From: Enterobacteria phage P922
Sequence record: OR999189.1
Strand: one strand, 5' to 3'
Length of the DNA stretch: 64,000 bases
The first letter of the stretch is position 1; each line of letters opens with the position of its first letter. Below, piece by piece: positions 1 through 18,477 of this stretch. A program made the position numbers and the translations under genes. Under the pieces are notes generated by a model. The model was not told the origin of the DNA. It saw only the letters and a list, made by a program, of their open reading frames with translations, and made no database searches.

Positions 1-492
1 GTCCAGGATTATAATTTTACGGTAGATCACGCTGGATTAGTTGATGCAAATAAATGCGTTTGGAATGCCGAAGCAAAAGGTGAAGTATTTACCGCTGAAG
101 GTTATGTATTGAAACCTTGTTATCCTTCTTGGATGCCTAACGGAAATCGTGTAGCTATTAAATGCAAGAACTCTAAATTTAGCGAAAAGAAAAAGTCTGA
201 TAAGCCTATTAAAGCTAAAGTTGAGTTGTCAGAAGCTGATAATAAATTGCTGGGAATTTTAGCTTGCTACGTTACACTGAACCGAGTAAATAACGTTATT
301 TCTAAAATTGGCGAAATTGGTCCGAAGGATTTTGGAAAGGTGATGGGGCTAACTGTTCAAGATATTTTGGAAGAAACTTCTCGTGAAGGTATTACTTTAA
401 CTCAAGCGGATAATCCTTCTTTGATTAAAAAGGAATTAGTTAAAATGGTACAAGATGTACTTCGTCCGGCTTGGATTGAATTGGTGAGTTAA
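1..492 (+). CDS. rnlB: RNA ligase 2-like protein, C-terminal fragment (5' end outside window)
   Basis: Frame 1 is open from base 1 with no stop; track ORF 109..492 is only the first-Met portion. C-terminus resembles T4 Rnl2 from memory; sits beside gene 24 as in T4. Confidence 0.55.
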   Translation, partial: VQDYNFTVDHAGLVDANKCVWNAEAKGEVFTAEGYVLKPCYPSWMPNGNRVAIKCKNSKFSEKKKSDKPIKAKVELSEADNKLLGILACYVTLNRVNNVISKIGEIGPKDFGKVMGLTVQDILEETSREGITLTQADNPSLIKKELVKMVQDVLRPAWIELVS

Positions 493-496
493 ATAA

Positions 497-523
497 AAAG
501 GGACCGAAAGGTCCCTTTGTTTT
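497..523. terminator. bidirectional rho-independent terminator between convergent rnlB-like and gene 24
   Basis: Hairpin GGGACC-gaaa-GGTCCC flanked by A-run upstream and TTTGTTTT downstream. Confidence 0.65.
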
Positions 524-1805
524 ATTCATCAACGATAATTTTTGGTAGCTTAACACCTAATAAAACAGACAAATCTGAACGACCCGCCATTTTATCCATG
601 TCTCCACCATCAATTATTCTTGCTTCTTTTTCATCTTTTGCTACAGTGTAAGGATTTGCAGATAAAGCATATCTAACTAATAAACCAATAGATGGCTGCA
701 AACTTTCTGGATCAACTACAACTTTAAATGCACCTACATGTTCAGGGTCATCTAAGTCCAGACCTTCTGTATACGGGGCATAGAAAATTGATCCAACAAT
801 TTCTTTTTCGCCAATATTTTCTACCACGCCAACGATTACATAATCTAATGGGCTGTTAGTGTCACAATAAAGCGGTAAACCATTAGCTAAGAACCCGTAG
901 GCATTTTGTGAAAGATATTTATCATCTTCTGGTTTATGTTTTAACCAACCTGATGCGGCAAGAATCGCAGCAGCACGAGCTGAAGCAACACAGAACGTTG
1001 CTGTATAAGTTGATTCTTTTTGGATATGCGAAACCATTTCACACACCATTCGGTATAATGAACGACCAGCTTCAGGTGCAGATGCATAACTCAAATCAAT
1101 GAATCCGGTGTCAGTAATTCCTGTAACTTTATAGCGTTTTGATACTGTAATCAAAGACTGTAGAATATCTTTATTGATTTCATCCGCCATTTCAGTTGCA
1201 AGCAAATCTTCCAAGAAATTAGGAGCATCGAATCCATTTGCTTCTAAATCTTGTGCTAATTCAACTGTGATGCCAGTTTTAAGTTTACGAGATTTAACTG
1301 CGGTTTGCCATTTATTAATCTGGAATCTAGCATCCGCAATTTCGCTATCAGAGCTTTCAAATTTGCTTGTTGACGCTGCGTCAGAAAATAGGCGAACCTT
1401 TAAAAGAACAATTGCAATCTGAAGAGCTAATTCTAAATCGCTTTCTTCAATGGTAGCAAATGGTGTATCTTCTAATACTTTATAAACGATATTATTATAT
1501 TTGAATAAATCGCCTTTATTGAGAGTTAATTTAGACTCTTCTGTTAATTCTGTGATTTGTTCTCGGTCTACATACCCAGCTTCACCAGCGTAAGTAGCAC
1601 CAGTTTTAAACGTAAATTCGTTGTCTGGGTTAAGGTATTTGATACCATAAAAAGCAGCAACAGGTTGATTAGTTCTTTGTGTTGCTACAATGTCAGAATA
1701 TATTAATTTAGTGGTAGCGCGAGTCAAAGCAACGAGATTTGGGCGACCGATTGAGTTGCTATTCGTTGTGGTTGATTCGCGCAGAAGTTCGTTGATTTTA
1801 GCCAT
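522..1805 (-). CDS. 24: capsid vertex protein gp24
   Basis: 427 aa, N-terminus MAKINELLRE, paralogous to the adjacent major capsid protein; T4 synteny. Confidence 0.9.
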   Translation of the reverse strand: MAKINELLRESTTTNSNSIGRPNLVALTRATTKLIYSDIVATQRTNQPVAAFYGIKYLNPDNEFTFKTGATYAGEAGYVDREQITELTEESKLTLNKGDLFKYNNIVYKVLEDTPFATIEESDLELALQIAIVLLKVRLFSDAASTSKFESSDSEIADARFQINKWQTAVKSRKLKTGITVELAQDLEANGFDAPNFLEDLLATEMADEINKDILQSLITVSKRYKVTGITDTGFIDLSYASAPEAGRSLYRMVCEMVSHIQKESTYTATFCVASARAAAILAASGWLKHKPEDDKYLSQNAYGFLANGLPLYCDTNSPLDYVIVGVVENIGEKEIVGSIFYAPYTEGLDLDDPEHVGAFKVVVDPESLQPSIGLLVRYALSANPYTVAKDEKEARIIDGGDMDKMAGRSDLSVLLGVKLPKIIVDE

Positions 1806-1832
1806 TGCGCTTTCCTTTTGGTTTATATGATT

Positions 1833-1840
1833 TATTTATA
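1833..1840 (-). promoter_or_regulatory. late promoter (TATAAATA) for gene 24
   Basis: Plus-strand TATTTATA 28 nt upstream of the gene 24 start. Confidence 0.6.
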
Positions 1841-1855
1841 CCATAAAAACAACTA

Positions 1856-1876
1856 AAGGGACCCGAAGGTCCCTTA
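1856..1876 (-). terminator. terminator downstream of gene 23
   Basis: Hairpin GGGACC-cgaa-GGTCCC; on the minus strand it is followed by a T-rich run; lies 16 nt after the gene 23 stop. Confidence 0.6.
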
Positions 1877-1888
1877 AATCGTCAAAGA

Positions 1889-3454
1889 TTAGATACCTTT
1901 AACATATACACGGCGGAAGTAAGCGTTTTTACCAAGGCTATTCAGAATAGAAGGCATACCGCTCTGGATGCGAGAAGCCGGAGCCTGAGCAGCGGATTCT
2001 GCAAATGGGTTGATACCGATACCGTAACGAGTTTTGAATCCCATTACTGGTTGGAAGTTCTTCGGATCGGAACCACGCAGCGGAGTCAGAGCTACATATG
2101 GAGCATAGTAAATACCAGCATCCATTTCGTTCGGACCTTTATAACCTACAGTGAAATAATCCTGTTTAGCATACTGGTCGATATATACACGGTATTTACC
2201 ACCCAGAACACCAGCAAATACTGACTTGGTAGTATCAGTGTTAAAGCCGGTAGCCAGACCCTGTGCAGCATAAGAAATGCCAGTATCAACTGAAGCCAGA
2301 ACGTTAACTACGTTACGGGAAGCGATAATGAAGTTACCTTCACCACGACCGGTCTGACGAGCAATTTCAACTGCTTCTTTGTCAATCTGGAACAACAGAG
2401 CTTTAAAGGATTCACCCGCCCAGCGAGCACCACGAATATCAATCGGATCCTGGAAGTCAAATACACCAGCTTTAGAACCTGGAGTCAGGGTCATACCAGA
2501 TTTACCAACCTGAGCTGAGTAGTTAATCCAATCAACAACTTCACGGTTGATTTCCAGCATGATTTCGGTAGCCAGAATACCAGACAGTTCAGCATCAGCA
2601 TCCATACCGTGAACAGCGCGGAGGTCTTGTGCTAATTCGATAGAGTAAGCAGCTTTCAGCTGACGAGATTTAGCTTCGATAACTTGTTTATCGATACGGA
2701 AGCCCATTTCATTCCATGGGTTATCGGTAGAACCGTTGAAACCTTCCTGAAGTTCAGCGATAGAAGTAGCCATACCTTCAGCGATTTCTACCAGTACACC
2801 AGCTTCCATTTGTTTCTTAATTTCAGCATCTAATTTAGCTACGTCAGATGCAGTGGAATCAATTTGTTTAGCTTCTGTAGCTTGCAGATACACAGTACCA
2901 GTGTCCTGGAAGAAGTGGGTGTAAATAGTTCCAACTTCAAGAGTATCACTTGCTTTCAAAGCAGCGAATTTCTTAGCAGCACCCTGACCAGAGAACATTG
3001 CATCTGGACCATACATTGGGTGGAATGCTTCTTTAGCACCTGAAGCGATTGGGTCTTTACCATATACAGCACGCAGTGCGAATACCTGACCAGTCGGGCT
3101 GTTCATCGGCTGAACACCGCAAATATCGAAAGCAATCAGGTTAGGAATAGCACGACGTACCATACCCATAACAGCTGGGCCAATCTGAGTTACTGCGCCA
3201 GAAGTCTGACCAGCAGCGATGTTAGTAGCATTGTAACCATGGTCACCACCGATTTCAGCTTCTGTTAAGAAAGAACCGAACGCTTGGGCGATTTTTTCGT
3301 CTTTGTACTCTGGAGCTGTCTGGAAATCTTTTTCCTGGTTTTCAAAGATTTTAGCGATAATCGCTTGTTTGCTATTAGCAATTTCCGGTAAACCTTCACC
3401 TTCCAGTAATGGCTTCCATTTGTTCAAAAGTTCAGCTTTAGTTTTGATAGTCAT
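1889..3454 (-). CDS. 23: major capsid protein gp23
   Basis: 521 aa, N-terminus MTIKTKAELLNKWKPLLEGEG matches T4 gp23 from memory; synteny 24-23-22-21. Confidence 0.95.
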   Translation of the reverse strand: MTIKTKAELLNKWKPLLEGEGLPEIANSKQAIIAKIFENQEKDFQTAPEYKDEKIAQAFGSFLTEAEIGGDHGYNATNIAAGQTSGAVTQIGPAVMGMVRRAIPNLIAFDICGVQPMNSPTGQVFALRAVYGKDPIASGAKEAFHPMYGPDAMFSGQGAAKKFAALKASDTLEVGTIYTHFFQDTGTVYLQATEAKQIDSTASDVAKLDAEIKKQMEAGVLVEIAEGMATSIAELQEGFNGSTDNPWNEMGFRIDKQVIEAKSRQLKAAYSIELAQDLRAVHGMDADAELSGILATEIMLEINREVVDWINYSAQVGKSGMTLTPGSKAGVFDFQDPIDIRGARWAGESFKALLFQIDKEAVEIARQTGRGEGNFIIASRNVVNVLASVDTGISYAAQGLATGFNTDTTKSVFAGVLGGKYRVYIDQYAKQDYFTVGYKGPNEMDAGIYYAPYVALTPLRGSDPKNFQPVMGFKTRYGIGINPFAESAAQAPASRIQSGMPSILNSLGKNAYFRRVYVKGI

Positions 3455-3472
3455 TTGTGTTAACCTTTAAAA

Positions 3473-4282
3473 TTAGAAACGAGATGCGACTTTCGCATAT
3501 ACACTTACAATATCTTCTGCACCAGGTGCAGCTTTATCTTCTACAGCTTCAGTGACGAAATTTAGTCCGGCTGCTTCAGTATCAGGAGTATTTATACCCT
3601 CAGTAATAGTGCTTTCATCTTTATTAGACTTCTTCACCATTTCTACGATGGCACTCAATTTATTTGAGAATTCATCTGAATAATCCATACCTTCGACCAG
3701 AGCAGAGACTTTTTCTTTTTGAGACTCAGTCAGATCTTTAGTACTTTCGCTCAATGCCACTTCACGCTGCACATAATTGATATATGCGTCACGCTTATTG
3801 AGTTCTTCGAACAGACGAGCTGATTCTTCTTTATGTTCTTGCAGCTCTTCTTCCATTTCAGCCACAACATCAACTGATTCTTCTGGAACAACAACGTTGT
3901 GTTCAACAAAGAGCTCTTTTAATCCACCAAGCATGGATTCAAACAGTTCGGCTTTGATGCCTTTATCAACTGCTAATTTATTTTCAGCGAGCCATTCTTT
4001 CGCAAGATGGTCAATGAATTTAGAAGCTTGCTCAGCAATTTTCTTCTCAGCTTTTTCTTCTGCTTCTTCTTTATTTTTTTCTACTTCTTCTTCTGCTTTT
4101 TCAGCAATTTTAGCGATATGAGATTCAGCTAATTTAACGGCGTGCTGCTTGACGGTAGCTTCGAATACAGTGCCGAAAGTTTCTTTTGCTTCCGGAGAAA
4201 TATTAACTGATTCGAAAATACTATCAAGAGCAACGGAAGCATCAATTTTTTGCGCTTCAGCAATCAGTTGTTCTTTAAGCAT
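3473..4282 (-). CDS. 22: prohead core scaffold protein gp22
   Basis: 269 aa, highly acidic coiled-coil protein between genes 21 and 23. Confidence 0.85.
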   Translation of the reverse strand: MLKEQLIAEAQKIDASVALDSIFESVNISPEAKETFGTVFEATVKQHAVKLAESHIAKIAEKAEEEVEKNKEEAEEKAEKKIAEQASKFIDHLAKEWLAENKLAVDKGIKAELFESMLGGLKELFVEHNVVVPEESVDVVAEMEEELQEHKEESARLFEELNKRDAYINYVQREVALSESTKDLTESQKEKVSALVEGMDYSDEFSNKLSAIVEMVKKSNKDESTITEGINTPDTEAAGLNFVTEAVEDKAAPGAEDIVSVYAKVASRF

Positions 4283-4309
4283 TTTGTAGTCCTGTTGTTT
4301 AGATAATAA

Positions 4310-4317
4310 TATTTATA
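4310..4317 (-). promoter_or_regulatory. late promoter (TATAAATA) for gene 22
   Basis: Plus-strand TATTTATA 28 nt upstream of the gene 22 start. Confidence 0.6.
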
Positions 4318-4951
4318 ACGCTTTTTTCATGGCCTCTGCGAGAGCCATATAGGCGTCATCGGCACTTGTATCGGCTTCCGCCGTCTGTGATTCGGTAATT
4401 TCCTTAGGAGTTACCCATGCATCTGGAGCACTTGGACCCCATACTGCATCAACACCTACAGTTAATTTGAATCCTTCGTTTACGATACGATAACCTTTAT
4501 TTGTGTCAGTCAATGAACCTAATCCACGAGAAGAAACTCCTGGAATCCATCCGGCACGAATATTAGCTGCTAATTTATCTCCAGGACCGTGGTCACCTTC
4601 AATAACACGAGCTCGTCCGTATACGTCATTTCCTTTCCACCACATATCTTCTATAATGATAGCGGCTTGCATCGGGTCAACATTAGCGCGTGGAGGATGA
4701 TTTAATTCTCCGAGAGCTTGTTTAGTTAAAACTTGCTCATTAATATAGTCTTTTACCGCTTTTTCTAATATGCGTTTTGGATAAAGACGTTTATTTCTAT
4801 TGACGACTTCTGCTTGCATGAATATTCCTTCGATGTATAAACCCGGTTTTAAACCTAAGTCTTTTCCATCGTGGGATTCAAGCATTGGCACACCATCAAT
4901 AATTTCGCCAGGTTGACCCCAAGTTTCAATTAGTAATTGGGGTTCATTCAT
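4313..4951 (-). CDS. 21: prohead protease gp21
   Basis: 212 aa; size and position between 68 and 22 match T4 gp21. Confidence 0.85.
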   Translation of the reverse strand: MNEPQLLIETWGQPGEIIDGVPMLESHDGKDLGLKPGLYIEGIFMQAEVVNRNKRLYPKRILEKAVKDYINEQVLTKQALGELNHPPRANVDPMQAAIIIEDMWWKGNDVYGRARVIEGDHGPGDKLAANIRAGWIPGVSSRGLGSLTDTNKGYRIVNEGFKLTVGVDAVWGPSAPDAWVTPKEITESQTAEADTSADDAYMALAEAMKKAL

Positions 4952-5376
4952 TAGCTTAATCCTAATGCTTTACGGCGTTTAAGAGCTTTTTTACGCTTAC
5001 GCTGAGCACGAGATTGACCTGCTGGATTGGCAATCTTCGTTTTGGTAGCTTTGCGAGCAATTTGTCTACGTTTTGCTTTAGACAGCCCAGTGGTTTGAAA
5101 TGCATTACGTTCGCGTGTTTTGCGGTCTTTAGTACGTGTAATTTCACCACGAGCTGAAACGTGCTTAACAATGAATTCATTTAACGGCATATTTTCATTA
5201 ATAGAAGCTAATGCAACTGCTAAATCAGTTTCATCATCAAGCATATTCTCGACAATTGTATTTATATCGTCTTTATTTAAAGCAGAAGACAATTCGTCAA
5301 AGCGACCCTGTGCTTCAGGAATAAGTGCTTCGACATTCTCGAGAACTAATTCATGAGTTTCAGGGATCAGAAGCAT
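4951..5376 (-). CDS. 68: prohead core protein gp68
   Basis: 141 aa, basic C-terminus; position between 67 and 21. Confidence 0.75.
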
Positions 5377-5623
5377 TATTCATCATCCTCGTCTTCGTCA
5401 TCTTCGTCAGAGTCTCTGTCTTTTTTGTCGTCTTTATCATCACCATCTTCGTCTTCGTCATCATCCTTGTCTTCAGGTTCTTCACCTTCGATTAAGAAAT
5501 TACGAGCGATAGCGATTTTTTCTTCTTTAATTAAATCAATCGTTCTTGCAGCCATGGCTTCAGCAAATAATTTACGAGCGGCTACGAGGTCGTTTGATTT
5601 AATAGCTTCAATTAAACCTTCCA

Positions 5624-5624
<1 letters not shown>
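5376..5624 (-). CDS. 67: prohead core protein gp67
   Basis: 82 aa with extremely acidic D/E-rich C-terminal tail; between 20 and 68. Confidence 0.75.
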
Positions 5625-7249
<1,625 letters not shown>

Positions 7250-7281
7250 TTAAGCAGGATGGGGATTTCTCCCCATTCATT

Positions 7282-7773
7282 TTATTCCCAATAATCGAGA
7301 GCGAGAGTTACTTCAAAGGTTTGGATTTCATTGTTTGAATCCCAATCTAACTGAAGTTCACCCACGTTAGTAGGCCACAGGCCTTTAATTTCGACTTCTT
7401 TTGTTACAGTTTTAGCGTCACGAGCATATTGGCGTACAATAGCACTCTTTTTATACTCTGCTGGTTTTCCACCAGTAATTTCGTTTCCTTGCCCAGCAGC
7501 AATGCTTTGCCAGTCAACAAACTTCTGGCGTGCATCATGCGCCTCATCATTCATTACTGTAATAGTCCAGTCATCGAATGTACGATCGCCTGCTACGTTA
7601 ATTTTACGGTTCATAAATCCGACTGGAATTTTTTCTACAATACCAGCTGGTAAAGCAGTGGCTTTACATTGAAACGTAAAATTTTGTCCAAGATAAGAAA
7701 TTTCTACTTGGAATAAGTTAGGTCGAGCAAAATCACCAGATTCAAACGCTCGTGTTACATCATCTACAAACAT
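7282..7773 (-). CDS. 19: tail tube protein gp19
   Basis: 163 aa; size and position beside the sheath gene. Confidence 0.9.
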   Translation of the reverse strand: MFVDDVTRAFESGDFARPNLFQVEISYLGQNFTFQCKATALPAGIVEKIPVGFMNRKINVAGDRTFDDWTITVMNDEAHDARQKFVDWQSIAAGQGNEITGGKPAEYKKSAIVRQYARDAKTVTKEVEIKGLWPTNVGELQLDWDSNNEIQTFEVTLALDYWE

Positions 7774-7787
7774 ATTAGCCTCTGTAG

Positions 7788-7795
7788 TATTTATA
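7788..7795 (-). promoter_or_regulatory. late promoter (TATAAATA) for gene 19
   Basis: Plus-strand TATTTATA 15 nt upstream of the gene 19 start; a second copy at 7847..7854. Confidence 0.5.
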
Positions 7796-7880
7796 TCCCT
7801 ATGTTTAACCTAGGGCATATAGAATTAAAGAATTAAGGATATAGTGTATTTATATGGCCTGCCGAAACAGGCCTTTAGAA

Positions 7881-8498
7881 TCATTCTAGCAAATCCCAAA
7901 GATCTACACTATTTCTTTTTGACTTTTCTCGGTTAGATTCCCAAGTGATTATTTCTAAATTATTAATACCGCCAATTATTTTAGCAGGAATTAAATTATC
8001 AAAACCGTATTTGATAGATACCTTATGATCAAGTTGGTAAGCACCTTCTGTACCACACACTCCTATCTTATCAGCATTCGGCCATTTTGACCAAATTTTC
8101 TTATGCTTACGAGTTTCTCTATATACAGATGAAATATATTCACGCATTTCAGATTTATTTGGGTTCCATCTTGGATGATTTACGCCATGCATACATTCTA
8201 CTGTTTTTCCTTTATTCGCGGAACCATATGAATTATTATGCATTTTGTCTTTATGACGGCAATCACAACAAATATCAGTGTTTCTTCCAATGCGTTGATT
8301 ATATTCAATTCCACATTTATCGCAACGACATTTTACATACGCGGTACTACCTTTAATGTCTTCAACTTTAACATCAATTTCATAATACTTAAATCCGTGT
8401 TTAACCGCTCCAAGAGGTGTTAATTTATATCCCTTTGACTGATAATGTTTAAAATTTGATGGTACAATTTTTACTTTAATGAATTTAGAAATAATCAC
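7881..8498 (-). CDS. free-standing HNH homing endonuclease
   Basis: 205 aa, GTG start after a GAGGA RBS; Cys-rich zinc-binding segment (CRCDKCG...CCDCRH) and C-terminal H-N-N motif (QLDHKVSIKYGF...NNLEIITWESN). Confidence 0.7.
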   Translation of the reverse strand: MIISKFIKVKIVPSNFKHYQSKGYKLTPLGAVKHGFKYYEIDVKVEDIKGSTAYVKCRCDKCGIEYNQRIGRNTDICCDCRHKDKMHNNSYGSANKGKTVECMHGVNHPRWNPNKSEMREYISSVYRETRKHKKIWSKWPNADKIGVCGTEGAYQLDHKVSIKYGFDNLIPAKIIGGINNLEIITWESNREKSKRNSVDLWDLLE

Positions 8499-8536
8499 TT
8501 GATTCCTCGAGAACAGGGGCCGAAGCCCCTTATCAA

Positions 8537-10516
8537 TTAACCTGCAAGACCAGTTAACTCATCGAAATCTGCACCAGTAGCAGTTGCGACGAAATTCAAA
8601 GTAATATAATTTATACTGCGCGCCGGTTGGATGTAGAATGTTGCAACAAACTCATTTCTATCAATTACTGACGGAGTGTTATTTGTTGTATCGCAAACTA
8701 CACGATATTCATAAATTCCACCGAGAGCTTTAATTCCCTGTAAGTATTGGGCAGTTTCTGTGCGGAATGATGAACGAGTAAACGCGTTGTTTAATTCGAA
8801 CAAACGATATTTTGAACTACGTCCGATATTCGTTTTCAACATATTAAACAGACGACGAACGTTAATACGATCAAATGGAGAAGGAACAGAAGTAGCTGTT
8901 TTATCACCATACAATACGTAACCATCACCACCTGTGCCAGTTACTGGGTTGATAGCTTCTTGGTATAAACGGTCGCGCTGAGCTTGGCGAGTTTCAATAG
9001 CAAGTTTAATAACGTTAAGAATCTGGCCGCGATTATAACCAGCTGGAGACATCCAAGTCTGAGAAACGTTATCGGTTCTTGCACATAAACCGGCAATATC
9101 AGCTGCTAATGGAACCCAGCGATTGACATCATTATATTTGTCATACTGATATTTGTAGTTACCATCAATTGCTGCGTAGGTTGAACTGATATTAAAGTTA
9201 TTATCAGTGTATGAACCTGTTGCAGTTCTCCAATTGACTAAGTTATCAACAGCGCGAGTTACAGGAATTCCAACTACAGTTTCGCGCGGTGGTGAGCACA
9301 ATACTAAGCAATCCTGGCGAGCATCCCCAATTGAAACGACGTGTTTTTGGACAGTAGATGCTGTTTCTAAAGATTCACCGGCACAAGAACCCGCAATAAA
9401 CAACTGAACGTCAACAGATTCACGGTCAGCAAAGAAGTCCCAGGCTTCCATTAAATCTCCTGCTGTTACTTCAGCATTTGATGATAATCCACCAGACAGA
9501 GTTAAAATTCCAGAGAATCCTTCTGGCCAGTTTTGTGCAGTTGCGAAAATATATTCTGAACCGCCTTTTGCGAAAAAGTCATCAATGTAGATGTTACTAT
9601 CGTAAATATCTTTTTCACCACGCTTTGTTGAAAGAACAATACTTTGAACAATAGCATCATTACGACGAACTATAATAGCGTATTGCGAATCAGTTTGTGG
9701 TCCATATCCAAAAACTGCCTTGGCAGTAGATGCGCGTGTTCCGCCACCTGGATAAATTGGAAGTAATGCAGAAGCACCTTTTGCGTAGTCAGCTTTAGAT
9801 ACGATTTCAATTTCGATTTTATCGCCCAACTCGCCCGGATAAAGAGCTACTACTCCTGGAATTCCATATTTTTCGAGATTTGCCTGAAAGTCAACCGCTG
9901 TCATAGCAGCTTCAGCATTTTCAATCTCAGCTAATAAAATACCGGAATCAGTAATAATTTTTCCAAGAGTTATTACTGCAGCTAAACCAGATGAAGACGA
10001 AGAAATTTCCGCGGTCCAGTTAGAACCTAATGCTGGATATTCACCGACTTCTTTCGCTTTAGCGATAATTTTTGCGGTAGGAATACTAATTTTCTTAATT
10101 TTTCCATCAGCATCTACTTCGGTAATTTTACCTTCCGTTTCAATGTCTTCTGAAACATACTTAACTGTGATTTTATCTCCAACCGCGTAGTTACTACCTG
10201 GAGTAGAAATAGTGTATTCAATATTACCAGCAATCGGAGATGAGTTTTTAGCGGTATCTCTATCGACAGCACGCACAACTCGCAAATCATTTCCATATTG
10301 TAAGAAATTCATTGCAGACATAAAATAGTCAGCAGTTTCAGCTGTAGGTTGACCAAAAGTATTAACTAAATCTACTTCATTTGTAACCTGTTTGATCTGA
10401 AAAGCAGGACCCCACTGGAATTTACCGGCCAAAGCTGCTGTACCAGTAGAGTTATTAACCACGGTGCTTTGAACCGTAGTTTCTTTGAGCTCAATGCCCG
10501 GAGATAATAAAGTCAT
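8537..10516 (-). CDS. 18: tail sheath protein gp18
   Basis: 659 aa, N-terminus MTLLSPGIELKETTV; length equals T4 gp18. Confidence 0.95.
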   Translation of the reverse strand: MTLLSPGIELKETTVQSTVVNNSTGTAALAGKFQWGPAFQIKQVTNEVDLVNTFGQPTAETADYFMSAMNFLQYGNDLRVVRAVDRDTAKNSSPIAGNIEYTISTPGSNYAVGDKITVKYVSEDIETEGKITEVDADGKIKKISIPTAKIIAKAKEVGEYPALGSNWTAEISSSSSGLAAVITLGKIITDSGILLAEIENAEAAMTAVDFQANLEKYGIPGVVALYPGELGDKIEIEIVSKADYAKGASALLPIYPGGGTRASTAKAVFGYGPQTDSQYAIIVRRNDAIVQSIVLSTKRGEKDIYDSNIYIDDFFAKGGSEYIFATAQNWPEGFSGILTLSGGLSSNAEVTAGDLMEAWDFFADRESVDVQLFIAGSCAGESLETASTVQKHVVSIGDARQDCLVLCSPPRETVVGIPVTRAVDNLVNWRTATGSYTDNNFNISSTYAAIDGNYKYQYDKYNDVNRWVPLAADIAGLCARTDNVSQTWMSPAGYNRGQILNVIKLAIETRQAQRDRLYQEAINPVTGTGGDGYVLYGDKTATSVPSPFDRINVRRLFNMLKTNIGRSSKYRLFELNNAFTRSSFRTETAQYLQGIKALGGIYEYRVVCDTTNNTPSVIDRNEFVATFYIQPARSINYITLNFVATATGADFDELTGLAG

Positions 10517-10544
10517 TTTTAATCCTCTTTAATATGCTTTAATA

Positions 10545-13685
<3,141 letters not shown>

Positions 13686-13726
13686 GATTTCTCCTAATCT
13701 GGGCTTTAATTAGTTTATAATATTTA

Positions 13727-15428
<1,702 letters not shown>

Positions 15429-15440
15429 TTAAAATCCTTT

Positions 15441-15456
15441 GGGGCCTTGCGGCCCC
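15441..15456 (-). terminator. GC-rich hairpin between wac and gene 13
   Basis: GGGGCC-ttgc-GGCCCC; weak U-tract, so may be a stability element rather than a terminator. Confidence 0.35.
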
Positions 15457-15459
15457 ATG

Positions 15460-16926
<1,467 letters not shown>

Positions 16927-18477
16927 TTAGTAATGAACTTTAATAATATAGTTTAATGATATATTCCATGGTCTAGTTTCATAACCAATTAATCCTTCAC
17001 GATTAAGTGTACCATGAGCATCTCTCGGTCCACCTAATTCAAATCCATCATTAGTGAAGTATGAAGCATTATCCCAGTCGGAATATTTTCTAGTTCCAAG
17101 ATATCCTTGATAAACTGACGCGCCAAATGGGCCTTCACTTCTGTTATATTCCCCCCAACCACCGGCGTGTTTATGGTATGACATTTGTTGTGCCTGAACA
17201 CCACCAACATGCATTCCGTCACATCCTACGCCCAGTCTATCCTTTCCATAGCCATCTTGTCCACGTTGATTTAAAATATGACCGCCTGTGCCGGCTCCTC
17301 TGACGAAAAGACCTCGCATATCAGGAATACCAGGATTATTCCAATCACCACCAAATCTTGTTCCAACTACGTTTCTATAATCAGGAAATTGGTCACCTGA
17401 CACGGTTCCACCGTGACACATAGACCAACCTGGAGGTGCTGAATCACCTGCAAACATCATAATAGTCCCAACTGGAATTCTTTCGGACGCATATCTTTCA
17501 GTGGCAACAGGTTGATCGCCATTTTTCCACATTCCGCCGCGTGACCAAATTCCGTTTGCTGTAAGATGGTCTAAATTTAAAGAACCATTAATAGTTTGTC
17601 CACCACGAGTATTAATTACATCTGCGTTCCATGCTAATGCACCAGAGCTATCACCTTCAGGGGCAATACCGGCTTGCGTCGTTAATTTAACTACTCCACG
17701 CATAGAACCAGTAGCTCCTCGACCATTTAGTGTTTCACCTGTTACTGCAACACCCCCTAAATTATTATTAATTTCAGTCTGTGTTCCTAAACGTATAACA
17801 CCCCTATATTCATCTGTTGCAACAGAATTCATAAAGGTATATGGGGAAATTGCATATCCTTCGCGGAGAGTTCCTTGACGAGTTTGCGCAACAGTAGATA
17901 ATTGAACTACTCCTCTCACCGATTCTGTTGCAGTGTCTTCTGACGGAGCTATTTGTGAAATTAATTTTATTGCAAGTTTTTGGGTTTTTAATGGAGTCAT
18001 TGCCGTAGTATCATCTACGCCGGCCAAAGCTGCAGGTGTAGATGATATTTTAATAACCCCGTTTGATGACTCAGACGAATATCTATTTTGGAACACATCG
18101 TCAGTATGGTATTTCAGTTTTTGCGGAGTTATTGATGAATTATTATCTGAGCCTTCTAACGTTTCTTCATTTGTTGAATAACGCGTTAAACCATATTTAG
18201 TTTCAGTAGCATTTGGGTATAATAACCTTGTTGCTAATGTAGCTGGCGTAACGATTTTAGAATTATTAGTTCCATCTAAAACCTCTTGTTCTGACGCAAT
18301 CATTGCTATTCCTTTAACTTCCATAGTTGCATCAGGAATACCATTTACGCCGATATTACTTATTTTTGATAATGCAGACTGCACTGTCGTAACAGTGTTA
18401 GGAAAATTCGATCCTACTGGATCGAATTTAACATATTTTGATTCATTTGATACGTGCTGATATGTATTGTTACTCAT
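16927..18477 (-). CDS. 12: short tail fiber protein gp12
   Basis: 516 aa, Gly-rich fibrous protein; position between wac and 11. Confidence 0.85.
   Translation of the reverse strand: MSNNTYQHVSNESKYVKFDPVGSNFPNTVTTVQSALSKISNIGVNGIPDATMEVKGIAMIASEQEVLDGTNNSKIVTPATLATRLLYPNATETKYGLTRYSTNEETLEGSDNNSSITPQKLKYHTDDVFQNRYSSESSNGVIKISSTPAALAGVDDTTAMTPLKTQKLAIKLISQIAPSEDTATESVRGVVQLSTVAQTRQGTLREGYAISPYTFMNSVATDEYRGVIRLGTQTEINNNLGGVAVTGETLNGRGATGSMRGVVKLTTQAGIAPEGDSSGALAWNADVINTRGGQTINGSLNLDHLTANGIWSRGGMWKNGDQPVATERYASERIPVGTIMMFAGDSAPPGWSMCHGGTVSGDQFPDYRNVVGTRFGGDWNNPGIPDMRGLFVRGAGTGGHILNQRGQDGYGKDRLGVGCDGMHVGGVQAQQMSYHKHAGGWGEYNRSEGPFGASVYQGYLGTRKYSDWDNASYFTNDGFELGGPRDAHGTLNREGLIGYETRPWNISLNYIIKVHY

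Larger units (their letters stand above)
7774..8536 (-). mobile_element. homing-endonuclease insertion between tail tube and tail sheath genes
   Basis: HNH ORF plus flanking GC-rich hairpins occupy the 19-18 intergenic space, which is short in T4 as far as I recall. Confidence 0.5.

Noticed and set aside
908-1422. Plus-strand ORFs (908..1102, 1174..1422) inside gene 24, and similar antisense ORFs inside genes 22, 21, 20, 18, 7, 5 and others
   Set aside because: They lie entirely within long, well-supported minus-strand structural genes, lack RBS or promoter signals and are low-complexity mirror translations.
8516-8529. Hairpin GGGGC-cgaa-GCCCC between gene 18 and the HNH ORF as a terminator
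   Set aside because: No U-tract follows on the transcribed (minus) strand; more likely an RNA stability or processing element, or part of the endonuclease insertion, so not called as a terminator.
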